Shown: positions 11,260-21,730, counted from the stretch's first letter. The stretch: DNA of 64,000 nt from Candidatus Poribacteria bacterium (GCA_036339735.1 JAYZAL010000104.1:32001-96000), one strand, 5' to 3'. Program-made: numbers and translations. The notes: generated by a model from the sequence alone, not told the origin.

Positions 11260-11324
11260 GTTGCTCTACTCCTGCATGACTGGCCAGTTTCTGTTATCAA
11301 GGATTAGTGAGTGGTCAGTACGAA

Positions 11325-12137
11325 TCAGAGATCGGTTTTGAGAAGGTCAACACATTCTTGATGAATGTGACCATTGGTAGATAAAAACGAGACGACTCCC
11401 CCTTCATAGGCAGGATCATCAGGTTGCAGAGGGAAAATCGGTTTACCCGATGGGTCTGTGATTTCCCCTCCGGCTTCTCTTAGAATAATAGCACCAGCAG
11501 CAACATCCCACAACTTTGTGCCAAAATCAAGGCTACCATCCATGTAACCTGCGGCTACTGAACAAAGGTGCAATGCGGCAGATCCAAGATTTCGGCCTTT
11601 GGAGATATGCTGCATAAAAGATAATCTGGCTTTCATATTGCGAGAAGAGAAGCTAAATAAGCCGTCGGGAGTAATTCTCGGGCTGGAATTAACTTGAATC
11701 AAGGTCCCATTCAACCTAGCACCAGCCCCAGAGACTGCGGTAAAAGTGCGATTACTGACAGGGTCATGGATAACGCCCAAGAGTGGATTACCTGATTCCA
11801 ACAAACTGATAGACACTGCAAATACGGGGAAATGTTTCGCATAGTTCGCAGTTCCATCCAATGGGTCAATTGCCCAACAGTATTCAGTGTTGGCATTCGA
11901 TAATCCATATTCTTCACCTAATATTGCATGTTTTGGATACTTCGCCTGAATAGTTTCAGTAACAAATAGCTCTGACGCTTTATCAGCTTCTGTGACTACA
12001 TCGCCAGGACTTTTATGTTCAATCTGGTGAATTTGGCCGTAATAGCCCATTAGGATTTCCCCTGCTTGGTGGGCCAGACCTTCAGCAAAGGGTAGAATAT
12101 CTATCACTTCATTTGGTCCATAAAAAATAGCTTTCAA
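11325..12137 (-). CDS. Inositol monophosphatase family protein
   Basis: VTEAD, GEE, WAIDPLDGTANY, WDVAAG. Confidence 0.92.
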   Translation of the reverse strand: MKAIFYGPNEVIDILPFAEGLAHQAGEILMGYYGQIHQIEHKSPGDVVTEADKASELFVTETIQAKYPKHAILGEEYGLSNANTEYCWAIDPLDGTANYAKHFPVFAVSISLLESGNPLLGVIHDPVSNRTFTAVSGAGARLNGTLIQVNSSPRITPDGLFSFSSRNMKARLSFMQHISKGRNLGSAALHLCSVAAGYMDGSLDFGTKLWDVAAGAIILREAGGEITDPSGKPIFPLQPDDPAYEGGVVSFLSTNGHIHQECVDLLKTDL

Positions 12138-12326
12138 CTACAAGTTCGCTACCCACTAGGTTAACCCAAACCCTACCTTTAATGAAAGGGAAACTTAGGC
12201 AAGTTAGTAACAAATGTAGCATATCTGGTCAAGATCGAATTCAAAGAGTATAATTTCGATATGTCGGGGTTATAGGCCTAAATAATCAATCAGAAACAAA
12301 CTTTAAAAGAGAGATCACAAGTACTA

Positions 12327-13769
12327 ATGTCGAAATATGAAACTGTAATTGGTTTGGAAATTCACGCTGAACTCGATACCAAGAGTAAATTATTCTGTAA
12401 TTGCGACGCAGGATTTGGTGGTGCAGCTAATACCAATACCTGTCCCATTTGCACTGGCATGCCCGGGGTGCTGCCTGTGGCTAACAAGAAGGCAATAGAA
12501 TATACTATCCGGGCAGGCTTAGCCATGAATTGTGAAATTGCTAACTATAGCAAATTTGATCGAAAAAATTACTTTTACCCTGATTTACCTAAAGGGTATC
12601 AAATCTCACAATTTGACTTGCCACTCTGCAGAGAAGGGTACGTTGACTTTGAACTAAACGGTGAACATAAGCGAGTTCGTATTAACCGTATTCATTTAGA
12701 GGAAGATGCTGGTAAACTAATCCACGGAGACGTCACTGGAGATCAAAGTAAGAGCTATGTCGATTTTAACAGATCAAGCGTCCCACTGTTGGAAATTGTC
12801 AGTGAGCCAGATATCCGAACACCAGAAGAGGCAATTGCATACTGGCGATCAGTAAAAGAGATCCTAGAATATATCCAGGTCAGTGATTGTAACATGGAAG
12901 AAGGTAGTTTTCGTTGTGATGCTAACATCTCACTTCGTTTGTTCGGAAGTGAAAAATTGGGGACTAGAACTGAACTAAAAAATAAGAATTCTTTCCAGCA
13001 TGTTTTGGCCGCACTAAAATATGAGGAAAAGCGCCAATCACGGCTTCTTGACGAAGGAGAAACTGTATCTCAGACGACTCTACTCTACGATGTCGACAGC
13101 GGCCGTACATCACCAATGAGAAGTAAAGAAGAATCCCATGATTATCGATACTTCCCAGAGCCAGATTTAGTACCATTCGAGATAGATAACGAGGAAATTG
13201 AACAGATTAAAGCGGATTTGCCTGAATTGCCTAATTCAGTTCGTCAGAGATTTACTGCAGAATATGATTTGCCGACCCACGATGCTCATTTTCTGAGTAG
13301 CAGTCGATATTTAGCCAGCTATTTTGAAGCAGCTGCAAAATCTAGTCAGGACCCAAAAGGATGCAGTAACTGGATCATGGGAGATTTATCAGGACTTCTA
13401 AATAATGCTGGCCAGTCCATTGAAGATTGCCAGGTAACGGCAGCGCACATCAGCCAGTTAGTTGTATTAATTAATGAAGGATCGATAAATGGGAAGATTG
13501 GAAAAACAGTAATTGCTGACTGTTTCGAAAGCGGAAAAATGCCGAAACAGATTATCGAGGAGAAAATGTTAGCTCAAATTTCCGACTCAGGCGAGTTAGC
13601 AGACATTATCGCCCAAGTAATCGCACAAAATCCAAAATCAGTAAAGGACATTCAGGAAGGTAAAACAAAAGCGATTGGATTTCTGGTAGGTCGAGTAATG
13701 AAAGAAACAAAAGGGAAGGCAAACCCACAATTAGTGAATCAAATTTTAAGAGAGCAATTGGGGGTCTAA
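12327..13769 (+). CDS. gatB: Asp/Glu-tRNA amidotransferase subunit B
   Basis: IGLEIHAEL, FDRKNYFYPDLPKGYQISQ, RCDANIS, DYRYFPEPDL. Confidence 0.99.
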   Translation: MSKYETVIGLEIHAELDTKSKLFCNCDAGFGGAANTNTCPICTGMPGVLPVANKKAIEYTIRAGLAMNCEIANYSKFDRKNYFYPDLPKGYQISQFDLPLCREGYVDFELNGEHKRVRINRIHLEEDAGKLIHGDVTGDQSKSYVDFNRSSVPLLEIVSEPDIRTPEEAIAYWRSVKEILEYIQVSDCNMEEGSFRCDANISLRLFGSEKLGTRTELKNKNSFQHVLAALKYEEKRQSRLLDEGETVSQTTLLYDVDSGRTSPMRSKEESHDYRYFPEPDLVPFEIDNEEIEQIKADLPELPNSVRQRFTAEYDLPTHDAHFLSSSRYLASYFEAAAKSSQDPKGCSNWIMGDLSGLLNNAGQSIEDCQVTAAHISQLVVLINEGSINGKIGKTVIADCFESGKMPKQIIEEKMLAQISDSGELADIIAQVIAQNPKSVKDIQEGKTKAIGFLVGRVMKETKGKANPQLVNQILREQLGV

Positions 13770-13778
13770 ATATTTCTC

Positions 13779-14570
13779 CTATTTCTTAGCTTCGGTTATG
13801 TCTCTTAAAAACTCAATAATATTAGCCAGATCTTGGTCAGATAATTTACTTTTCCCTAATGCTGGCATAAGGTAGCCTCCTTGGCGGGTATAAGAAGCGA
13901 TCTTGTGCAATCGAGCTTCTAAGTTAGACGGAGGTCGCGAACGAACTAGCTGCGTACCGATACCACGTTTCTTAGGCCCAGAATGACAACCTGCGCAGGA
14001 CTTGCCATACAATTTCCATCCTTTATCAGCATCCCCGTCTAATTTTAGAATTTTATCCGCCGTAGCTTGAGCTTCAGTACGACTCAGTGGGTTGTAAGAG
14101 ACTTGCTCGGTCTCACCCACTTGGGTTTTGGTAGTTACATAATCAAAATAAGCCATTAATGCTTTGGCTTTTTGCTCAGGAATCGCAATAGGGTTTACTT
14201 TTTTCGCGGGAATACCTTGCAGAAATCTTTGGTAACAAACCCCTGCCCCCCCAGCAGACCGAAGAAGTTGATTCGGCTGAATCTCCTTCCACTGCGATTT
14301 TTGACGCTGAGTAACGCCAACGATGCTGCTTCCTGAACGGATTAGTCCATCGCTATATTCGTCTTCCTTGAAATCTGCGTGGCAAGTAATACACGAAAAA
14401 CCAGTCGCTTTTTTAGGGTCAACAGAACCTCCAAAAGAAGGATCATAAAAAAGCTGTCTCCCCAACCTAGCTAATTCCGGCATTTCCTCGGTCAAACTTA
14501 GTCCTGCAAACGAAAAAAAGATCACGTTTAAAAGAAGTTGGAAACGAAAAAACGTTCGGAATAGAAACAT
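13779..14570 (-). CDS. Exported diheme c-type cytochrome (TsdA/SoxA-like layout)
   Basis: Signal-like N-terminus; CITCH and CAGCH heme motifs; extra Cys in GVCYQRFLQG; C-terminal MP ligand candidate. Confidence 0.8.
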   Translation of the reverse strand: MFLFRTFFRFQLLLNVIFFSFAGLSLTEEMPELARLGRQLFYDPSFGGSVDPKKATGFSCITCHADFKEDEYSDGLIRSGSSIVGVTQRQKSQWKEIQPNQLLRSAGGAGVCYQRFLQGIPAKKVNPIAIPEQKAKALMAYFDYVTTKTQVGETEQVSYNPLSRTEAQATADKILKLDGDADKGWKLYGKSCAGCHSGPKKRGIGTQLVRSRPPSNLEARLHKIASYTRQGGYLMPALGKSKLSDQDLANIIEFLRDITEAKK

Positions 14571-14894
14571 ATCAGCACCAATGCTTTATCAAATAGTTTA
14601 TTTAGGTAAATAGCGAACTAACCTAGAATCGGTTCGTACTTGCTAGTATCTTAATCTTACCCGCTAAGTACAAGAATAATCCATTTAAAATCTGGTTTAC
14701 AGTTTGATCTGGCGAAAGTTTAATAACTTTTACACAACAGGAAAAATCAGCCGAAAGTTCACAAAAGCCCCGCGGTATCAGGCTACATTTCCAGTACTAG
14801 TCAATGTGAATTTCCTTTGTAATACAGGCGCAAAAATGTTCTAGGCCTAGCACCTGATTTGATTTAAGAATAAACCTTCCACTTAGTTTGTCTT

Positions 14895-15076
14895 GGCTAT
14901 TATGTTGCTGTATAGAAATAAATGAGCAGCTAGCCTGCTGGAATAGATCTAGCACTCGATGTAATTGTCGAAGGGAAATATGATGCTGTTAGTAGAACTA
15001 TTTATGTGCAATCAGTCTTACAAAAGACCTAACAAGTTGCAGTACTTACGAAGCAAGTGAGTATAGTGGCGAGTGA
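14895..15076 (+). pseudogene. Possible eroded ccmE-like (heme chaperone) fragment
   Basis: Broken frames give ...LYRN / EQL / PAGIDLALDVIVEGKYDAVSRTIYVQSVL / LTSCSTYEASEY, resembling the CcmE C-terminal P..VVVEG..L.KCPSKY pattern; stops and frameshifts. Confidence 0.3.
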
Positions 15077-15329
15077 AATTTTGAGACAAATAACGACGCT
15101 GAAGGTTCACATTTATACAGATAGATGATTGCTAAATCTATCATTTAAAAAACACTGGGTGAAGTTTTCAAATGAGAGCAGAACCACTATTAGGTTTAAA
15201 AATTTGATCATACAAACTATTTATTGGTCCTGACAAAAAACAAATACTGTTCTCAAGAAATTGGGTGTTATTTCTAGCAATCGAACGATTGCCTAACTGT
15301 TTTAACTAATTAAAAAGCAACAGGCAATT

Positions 15330-16361
15330 TCAGCTACTGACTTTTCCTTTCGGTATAACAACTGCAGCTTCAATTGCTTGCAATTCCACACGTTGCCCCA
15401 CCTGAAACGGGCAATCGTAGGGCGTTTGAACAAAACAATGATACTCCTCAAACTCAATCTGATAAGTTATGTCATGGCCTTTAAAATCTCGCTTACAAAT
15501 TGTTCCTACGTAGCCACCGTTAGGTTTTTTCATTACAAGGTGTTCGGGACGAATTGAGACATGAACAGGACCAAAACTTTCAGCTGTCAGTTGGAAATAA
15601 CCAAATTTGGTTTTTACTCGGTAACCATTAGCTATCCCATCAATGATATTCGATCTACCCAGAAAATTTGAGACAAAATAAGTTTTGGGACTACGGTATA
15701 TTGGTTCAGGTGGACCGATTTGTTCAATTCTACCTTCCGACATTACTGCGAGCTGATCTGAAAACGACAAAGCTTCTTCTTGGTCATGCGTCACAAGAAT
15801 CGCTGACATATTAACCGACCTGAGTAGTTGATGAACTTCCAATCTTGTCGACTCACGTAATTCAGCATCTAAACTCGAAAATGGCTCATCAAGCAAAATC
15901 AGTTTCGGATTAGGTGCAATAGAACGTACCAATGCGACTCGCTGTTGTTCTCCACCAGACAAATCGTGTGTTCTTCGATGCCGCATGTCTGATAACTGAA
16001 CCATTTCCAGTAAATCTTCAGCTTTTTTGATCCGCTTAGTTTCAGGTAAGTTTTTTAAACCAAAAGCCACGTTTTCAATTACGGTCAAGTGTGGGAACAG
16101 AGCATAGTCCTGAAATACAAAACCAATATTTCTCTTTTCTGGTGGTATTGCATATTTTTCCCCGGACAAGCAATTCCCCATTAGATCAATTCTACCGCTA
16201 TCTGCTTGCTCAAGTCCTGCAATAAGTCGCAAAATAGTTGTTTTCCCACAACCGCTAGGTCCAACTAGAGCGAAGATTTCTTCTTCTCCTACGGAAAAAC
16301 TAACCGAATTAACCACCTGCCTGTTATCGAAACTTTTAGTCAAATTTTGGATTGTGAGCAT
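15330..16361 (-). CDS. Fe3+ ABC transporter ATP-binding subunit (FbpC/PotA-like, TOBE)
   Basis: GPSGCGKTT, LSGGEQQRVAL, LLDEPFS. Confidence 0.92.
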   Translation of the reverse strand: MLTIQNLTKSFDNRQVVNSVSFSVGEEEIFALVGPSGCGKTTILRLIAGLEQADSGRIDLMGNCLSGEKYAIPPEKRNIGFVFQDYALFPHLTVIENVAFGLKNLPETKRIKKAEDLLEMVQLSDMRHRRTHDLSGGEQQRVALVRSIAPNPKLILLDEPFSSLDAELRESTRLEVHQLLRSVNMSAILVTHDQEEALSFSDQLAVMSEGRIEQIGPPEPIYRSPKTYFVSNFLGRSNIIDGIANGYRVKTKFGYFQLTAESFGPVHVSIRPEHLVMKKPNGGYVGTICKRDFKGHDITYQIEFEEYHCFVQTPYDCPFQVGQRVELQAIEAAVVIPKGKVSS

Positions 16362-16362
16362 G

Positions 16363-17910
16363 TCAAGCGGATTCTACCTCTTTGAAAAAAACAATGGCAA
16401 CGAAGAATAAAGAGACTATGACAAGTACCATGGCATATGGTGCAGCCTCAACAAACATTGCCTCCTCCGCATAAGACCAAAGTCGAAGAGCGAGTGTGTC
16501 GAAGCCGATTGGGGATAGCATAATGGTGATTGGTAACTCTTTCATTACAGCTAAAAAGATGAAGGTAAAACTGACTACCATACTATTTCGGAGAAGTGGA
16601 AAAACAGTATGCCAAAAAGCGGCAAAAGGTGATCGACCTAAGGAACGAGCGGCTTCTTCCAAATGAATTGGAATCTGTAAAATAGCTGACCTGATTGGAC
16701 CAGTAGATTCCGCTAGGAAGTGTAGCATATAGGCCAAAATCAACAAACAAAAAGTTTGATAAATAATAGGCAATGCATATAAAGATAAGAAAATCCAAGC
16801 CAACCCGAATGCCAAGGGTGGCATCGCATAACCGATATAACTCAAACGTTCAAATGTACGAAAAGAAACAGATGGATAACGAACACTAGTATAAGTAAAT
16901 AGCAGAGCCAGTATGGTCGATAAAGTAGCGGTTAATACTGATACTGATGCTGATTGCAGAATGACCTCCACCAAGGATATGAAACTCAAAGCAGAAAAAC
17001 CTCGACCAGACCAAAACAGAACAATAAATGTTGGGATAACGACACTCAGAAAAAGTATGCCGACTAAAAACGAATACGCCAACCATTTCCATTTACCTAG
17101 CGGCGTTAAATTGGGCGGTCGAGTTTGGGTCTTCCCTGTTTGATGGTAATACTTGTATTTAATGAAGTTAAACTCCAAAATTAGCAATAATACAGTTAGC
17201 GCAATCAAGATCAAAGCGAGCCAAGCTGCATACGTACGATCGTACGCAGCCATGTATTGTGAAAAAATAGCATAACTAAAAGTTTCGTATCTCATCAGAG
17301 AAACCACACCAAAATCGCCAATCACATGTAAAAACACCAACAACCCACCGGAGAAAAAGGCTGGTATAAGCTGGGGGAATGTAACATGCCAAGTTGCAGA
17401 CCACTGGGAGCAGCCTAAACTACGAGCGGAGTCAAGCAGTGTCGGGTTTAGGCCTAACATCGCTGATCTGAGATTCAAGAATAGGTATGGGAAGGTATAA
17501 AAAGTTAATGCGATTAGGGAACCAGAAAAACCACTCAAACTTGGAAGGTCAATTCCCAAAGTCTGTTGCCCTTGAAAACCCGTTAAACTCAGTAAAGCAT
17601 AGGCAGTCACATAAGCAGGAACTGCCAAAGGTAGAACTCCTGCTAAAGTAAAAATAGTCTTGAATTTTAGATCGGAACTGCTAGTCAACCATGCCATTGG
17701 GGTTGCAATCAAGGTGCTACAACACACCACAGCCATAGCCAAAATTAGGGTGTTCGACAGAAGATCGAAATTACGTTGTCTAAACAGTAACCCTATAATT
17801 TCCGAAGGTCTAACACTAAAAGCCTTTATTAGCAAATATCCTAGTGGCAGTAGTATAACCATCCCTACAAAAAAGATGGGCAAAGCTAGATACCAAGGCG
17901 GTTTTTTCAC
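16363..17910 (-). CDS. Fe3+ ABC transporter permease (FbpB-like, duplicated domain)
   Basis: Two EAA-type loops (LDSARSLG, LEEAARSLG), many TM helices, DFGVV and KELP motifs. Confidence 0.9.
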   Translation of the reverse strand: MKKPPWYLALPIFFVGMVILLPLGYLLIKAFSVRPSEIIGLLFRQRNFDLLSNTLILAMAVVCCSTLIATPMAWLTSSSDLKFKTIFTLAGVLPLAVPAYVTAYALLSLTGFQGQQTLGIDLPSLSGFSGSLIALTFYTFPYLFLNLRSAMLGLNPTLLDSARSLGCSQWSATWHVTFPQLIPAFFSGGLLVFLHVIGDFGVVSLMRYETFSYAIFSQYMAAYDRTYAAWLALILIALTVLLLILEFNFIKYKYYHQTGKTQTRPPNLTPLGKWKWLAYSFLVGILFLSVVIPTFIVLFWSGRGFSALSFISLVEVILQSASVSVLTATLSTILALLFTYTSVRYPSVSFRTFERLSYIGYAMPPLAFGLAWIFLSLYALPIIYQTFCLLILAYMLHFLAESTGPIRSAILQIPIHLEEAARSLGRSPFAAFWHTVFPLLRNSMVVSFTFIFLAVMKELPITIMLSPIGFDTLALRLWSYAEEAMFVEAAPYAMVLVIVSLFFVAIVFFKEVESA

Positions 17911-18915
17911 CTATAGTAGTCCAACCTTTTGTAAGAGTTTAAGTGTACCTTCTGTATCATTGAGTTGACTTAAATCAATTTCTGGAGACTCCTTAATCAA
18001 TTGTTCTAAAGATAGTAGCTGTTGATTCGGTATGATCTGGTCGGTGACAGCGTATTCAAAAACTTGGCTAGAAAAATATTGTTGAGCTTTCGGGGATAAC
18101 AAGTAACGAACCAACTTTTTAGCTAATTCGGTTTGACGGCTACTCTTCAGTATACCGATCCCCGCGACATTAACGAGATTCCCTACATCTTGAGATTGAA
18201 AAAATTGTTGATTTACCGGGAATTTAGAATTTGCCTTCTTAAAACGAAGCAAATAATAATGATTCGGTAGACCCACATGGATGTCTCCAGCGGCAAGGGC
18301 TTGAATAATTGGAGTGTTTTTTGGATAGCTTTTGGTTCCATTATTCTTCATAGCAAGTAACCAATTTTCAGTTTTTTCCTCACCAAATAAGACTCTCATT
18401 GCCGTAATAAAAGATTGAAAAGAAGCGTTCCTAGGGGCCCATCCAACCCGACTTTTCCATTTTGGATCTGTCAAATCGAAGACACTTGCGGGTAAATTCT
18501 CTACCTTCAGATGTTTTGTGGAATAAGCGATGACCCTTGCGCGACCGCTAGTGGCTACCCAATCTTGGTTTTCTGCAGCCTGGAACTTTGATGGTACAAC
18601 AGACAAGATATCTGATTCTAACTGGGAGAATAACCCATTTTTGCTAATTGCCCCCAGAGCCCCACCATCCTGAGCCCAAAAAACATCGGCTGGAGATTTC
18701 TTACCTTCCTCCATTAAAGTTAAAGCTAATTGAGCTGTATTACCGTATTTAACCTGAACCTCAATGCCATTTTCTTTCTCAAATTGCTTGATAATTGGAT
18801 CAACTAAACCTTTACTTCGACCAGAATAGACAACGAGTTCTTCTTTCGCTTGAACAGCAGAAAAAATGCCACAAATCAAGATGAGAGACAGACCAATCCA
18901 AAATTTATATTTCAA
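17911..18915 (-). CDS. Fe3+ ABC transporter substrate-binding protein (FbpA/FutA-like)
   Basis: Signal peptide, LVVYSGR, SPADVFWAQD, NHYY iron-ligating tyrosine pair. Confidence 0.9.
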   Translation of the reverse strand: MKYKFWIGLSLILICGIFSAVQAKEELVVYSGRSKGLVDPIIKQFEKENGIEVQVKYGNTAQLALTLMEEGKKSPADVFWAQDGGALGAISKNGLFSQLESDILSVVPSKFQAAENQDWVATSGRARVIAYSTKHLKVENLPASVFDLTDPKWKSRVGWAPRNASFQSFITAMRVLFGEEKTENWLLAMKNNGTKSYPKNTPIIQALAAGDIHVGLPNHYYLLRFKKANSKFPVNQQFFQSQDVGNLVNVAGIGILKSSRQTELAKKLVRYLLSPKAQQYFSSQVFEYAVTDQIIPNQQLLSLEQLIKESPEIDLSQLNDTEGTLKLLQKVGLL

Positions 18916-18950
18916 TTTTAATCCTTTTCTATTACGGTTTTACTTCACTG

Positions 18951-18981
18951 TCAATTGAAACTGAGGCTCAGTTTCAATTGA
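18951..18981. promoter_or_regulatory. Perfect 15-1-15 palindromic operator, Fur-type
   Basis: TCAATTGAAACTGAG-G-CTCAGTTTCAATTGA; core TGAAACTGAGGCTCAGTTTCA has the TGA-A-TGA---TCA-T-TCA periodicity of the 21-bp Fur box; upstream of an iron ABC operon. Confidence 0.75.
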
Positions 18982-18994
18982 GGCGCCGGTCACA

Positions 18995-19024
18995 ATTTTA
19001 TCAACAATTAAATTTTACTGTCAA
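18995..19024 (-). promoter_or_regulatory. sigma70 promoter of the iron ABC operon
   Basis: Minus strand TTGACA, 18-nt spacer, TAAAAT with TGn extended -10. Confidence 0.7.
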
Positions 19025-19052
19025 GTGTAAAGCTACCAGTCTCGTGAGTTAA

Positions 19053-20438
19053 TCAATCCGATAACTGATTAACAATTGTACGACCTCTTTTGAATAAGTC
19101 ATGAAGATGCAGATATTGAAATAGTGCGTTACGGCCAGTTAGGTACATGTTGTCAAATTGCTTACAGTAATCAATCAATCGAGCGACCTTACTCTCAAAA
19201 CCAACAGTCAAAACTGGATAGGCAAATGGCAGTTTATACATTTCCTGTTTTTGTATTTCGCTTGATCTAATTGGAAAAATATCTTGAAACATTTGCCAAA
19301 TCTGATCTTGTAATTTTACTTCTGTTTGATGCCAAAGAGAATCATTTTGATTACAAGGTAACTCGAGAACGATAGCTGTTTGTGTTTTCGGAGCCATTTG
19401 TTTACTGCGGTTCTTGGGTTCATACAATCGAGTAAATGGTAATTGTGGATCAGGGAAATAGATTGAGGCATTCTGACTGAGGCTTTCACGGTTTATACAG
19501 TAAGCCAAAAGAATCAGATGTCGAAACTGAATTGATTTAGCAATGTCAATCAACTCAGATGGAGGTGCAGGCTCCAGGATCTGTAAAGTCAAGGTTAGTG
19601 GTAACGTATTAATGATTTGGCATACAGGTATTCTCTGGTTATTATTTATAACAATACTTTCAATTTTTCTTTTTCTATGTTGAATTTTAGTTACTCGACA
19701 GCCTGTTTCAATATGCTTCAAGCTAACAATCTCTGTGAGCTTATCGACAATCATACCGAAACCGTATTTTGGATACAAAAATCTTCCATCTATATGTTTG
19801 GTCGATTTTTCAGGCCCCAAAAATGACTCTCGAATGAAAGTCTTGAGGTTTAAGCCTTTCAAGCGACCACCGGCGACGTTTGTAGACAGCAAGTCAGCGT
19901 TTAGCCCCCATAATTTTTCGGTATAGTTCAGCAAAAATAATTTCGATAGAGTTGGGCCATATTGATTTTGAGCGAAATCAGCAAAGTTTTTTGCTGATTG
20001 AGGCTGAGGCCGAAGCGATAAACTTTCAAGTACCACCTTGAGTAATGTCTTTTTGTCCAAATGCTCAACTAAGTTAGCCAGGTTTAGTGGGAAGTTGACA
20101 AATGAATTCTGATAAAAAATTTGACTAGGGGCAGAAACATCGATTAAATCATCACCTAACAGGTTCTTGATCATTCGAGTCGTCTCGGGGTCTTTATCGT
20201 GAAAACGGTGGGCCCCAGTATCAAACAGACAATCTCCTAACTTCAGAGTTCGGCAATTTCCACCCAAGTTGCTACTGCCCTCAATCAACTTAAAATTTAA
20301 ACCTTTGCTTTTAGCAAAATATGCAGTAGCTAGACCTGCGGGGCCACCCCCCAAAATATGGACTTGGCTTAGGAACTGTTTAATCATTTTCATAGATATG
20401 GGGCAAATGCACCAGTATAACATAAGCAGTAAGGCCAA
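19053..20438 (-). CDS. FAD-dependent oxidoreductase (HemY/amine oxidase/UDP-galactopyranose mutase-like)
   Basis: ILGGGPAGL Rossmann motif, LGGNCRT, FDTGAHRF, YTEKLWG, GRNALFQY; start uncertain. Confidence 0.8.
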   Translation of the reverse strand: MALLLMLYWCICPISMKMIKQFLSQVHILGGGPAGLATAYFAKSKGLNFKLIEGSSNLGGNCRTLKLGDCLFDTGAHRFHDKDPETTRMIKNLLGDDLIDVSAPSQIFYQNSFVNFPLNLANLVEHLDKKTLLKVVLESLSLRPQPQSAKNFADFAQNQYGPTLSKLFLLNYTEKLWGLNADLLSTNVAGGRLKGLNLKTFIRESFLGPEKSTKHIDGRFLYPKYGFGMIVDKLTEIVSLKHIETGCRVTKIQHRKRKIESIVINNNQRIPVCQIINTLPLTLTLQILEPAPPSELIDIAKSIQFRHLILLAYCINRESLSQNASIYFPDPQLPFTRLYEPKNRSKQMAPKTQTAIVLELPCNQNDSLWHQTEVKLQDQIWQMFQDIFPIRSSEIQKQEMYKLPFAYPVLTVGFESKVARLIDYCKQFDNMYLTGRNALFQYLHLHDLFKRGRTIVNQLSD

Positions 20439-20590
20439 GAGTTCACAACATGATCTTTGGTCATAAATTTAACTAAATCCGAAACATTTGATCACAAATC
20501 CAACTAAATTCGAAACATAAAATTCACTTTCTTTGGAAAAGACTAGCACTGATTGATACAATCTGGGAGGTGAATTAGAAAAAGTACTCA

Positions 20591-21181
20591 ATGTTAGGAG
20601 CAAAAAATTTGGTTATGGAAAAGAGTCAGATCAAGCGTCGAAAGTTCATTAATCAGACATCACAAATGGCTGCTTGCAGCCTGTTACTTTCTTCAGGTAT
20701 AGGTTGCGGCAGTGTGGATGAAGAGCCTAGCCGAATTACCACAGACCAAGCCGAACCTGTTACCTCTAATGAGACAAGTTTACCAAAATCCACTGACCCC
20801 AAAGATAATAAACCGAAGGACATTGAACCAGAGCCAAAATTGTCTGTCAAAATTGGGGTCGATTTGAAAAAAATTGGAGGAAGTCAAAGTATTAAAGACC
20901 CAGTCATACTTGACAAGTTAGAGATTAAAGAACCAAAAGATCGCATTTTACTCATTCGGAAAGATGAAAATACTATAACAGCGACCAATCTACTTTGCAC
21001 TCATAATGGATGTGTTGTTGCTTACAATAAAAAGCAGAAATCTTTGGACTGTCCGTGTCATGGTGGTAGATTTAACTTGGACGGTTCTGTAAAAAATGGT
21101 CCACCCAAAGTACCCCTCAAAACTGTTGTTACAGAAATCAAAGATGATCGTGTCATTTTTTTAGGTGAAGCCAAGAGATAA
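20591..21181 (+). CDS. Tat-exported Rieske [2Fe-2S] lipoprotein
   Basis: RRKFI twin-arginine, GIGC lipobox-like, CTHNGC and CPCHGGRF Rieske boxes. Confidence 0.88.
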   Translation: MLGAKNLVMEKSQIKRRKFINQTSQMAACSLLLSSGIGCGSVDEEPSRITTDQAEPVTSNETSLPKSTDPKDNKPKDIEPEPKLSVKIGVDLKKIGGSQSIKDPVILDKLEIKEPKDRILLIRKDENTITATNLLCTHNGCVVAYNKKQKSLDCPCHGGRFNLDGSVKNGPPKVPLKTVVTEIKDDRVIFLGEAKR

Positions 21182-21730
21182 GAAAGTATTGTATCAAATC
21201 TTAATTTGTGATTCGAATGGTCGTTCCGATTCTTTTTAGTCTTGCAAGTTGCTAATCGTTAAGTAAAGTCAAAAAGGAGGCTCAGGCAACTCCCGAACTA
21301 GTTCTGGCATAGCTAGATCGATTGTTATCCTTGCGCAGATCGCAGTTATGGTAGAAGGACGCTCCTAGCCCCCAAATCGTTCTTTAGAAAGGTTGTCTAG
21401 TGGTAACAGTAGGAAATTCAAACTCAAGCTGAAAAGCCATATTTGAACTTGGAATGACAAAATACTCGCCGAGCCGCTATTCCGAAATGTAGGTCGTGAT
21501 ACAACTCATACAATCAGCTACAATGGTGATAACGCCTAGGACTAGTTTTATAATTAGTATATTTGACAAGAACCATTCAGTACGGCTGCTATTACTTCTG
21601 TGATTGAAGTAATGAGGCTGAACTTCAATCGGGAATAATTAGTTCATTTTCTCAAGGTCCTTGTCATCACTTAGTAGACCGATTCGTTCAAATCAGCAAT
21701 GGAATCCTCTTTTGCTATCTGGGACCTAAT

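Noticed and set aside
21200-21730. Possible eroded vWA paralog upstream of the intact vWA gene
   Set aside because: Resemblance too faint to support without a search
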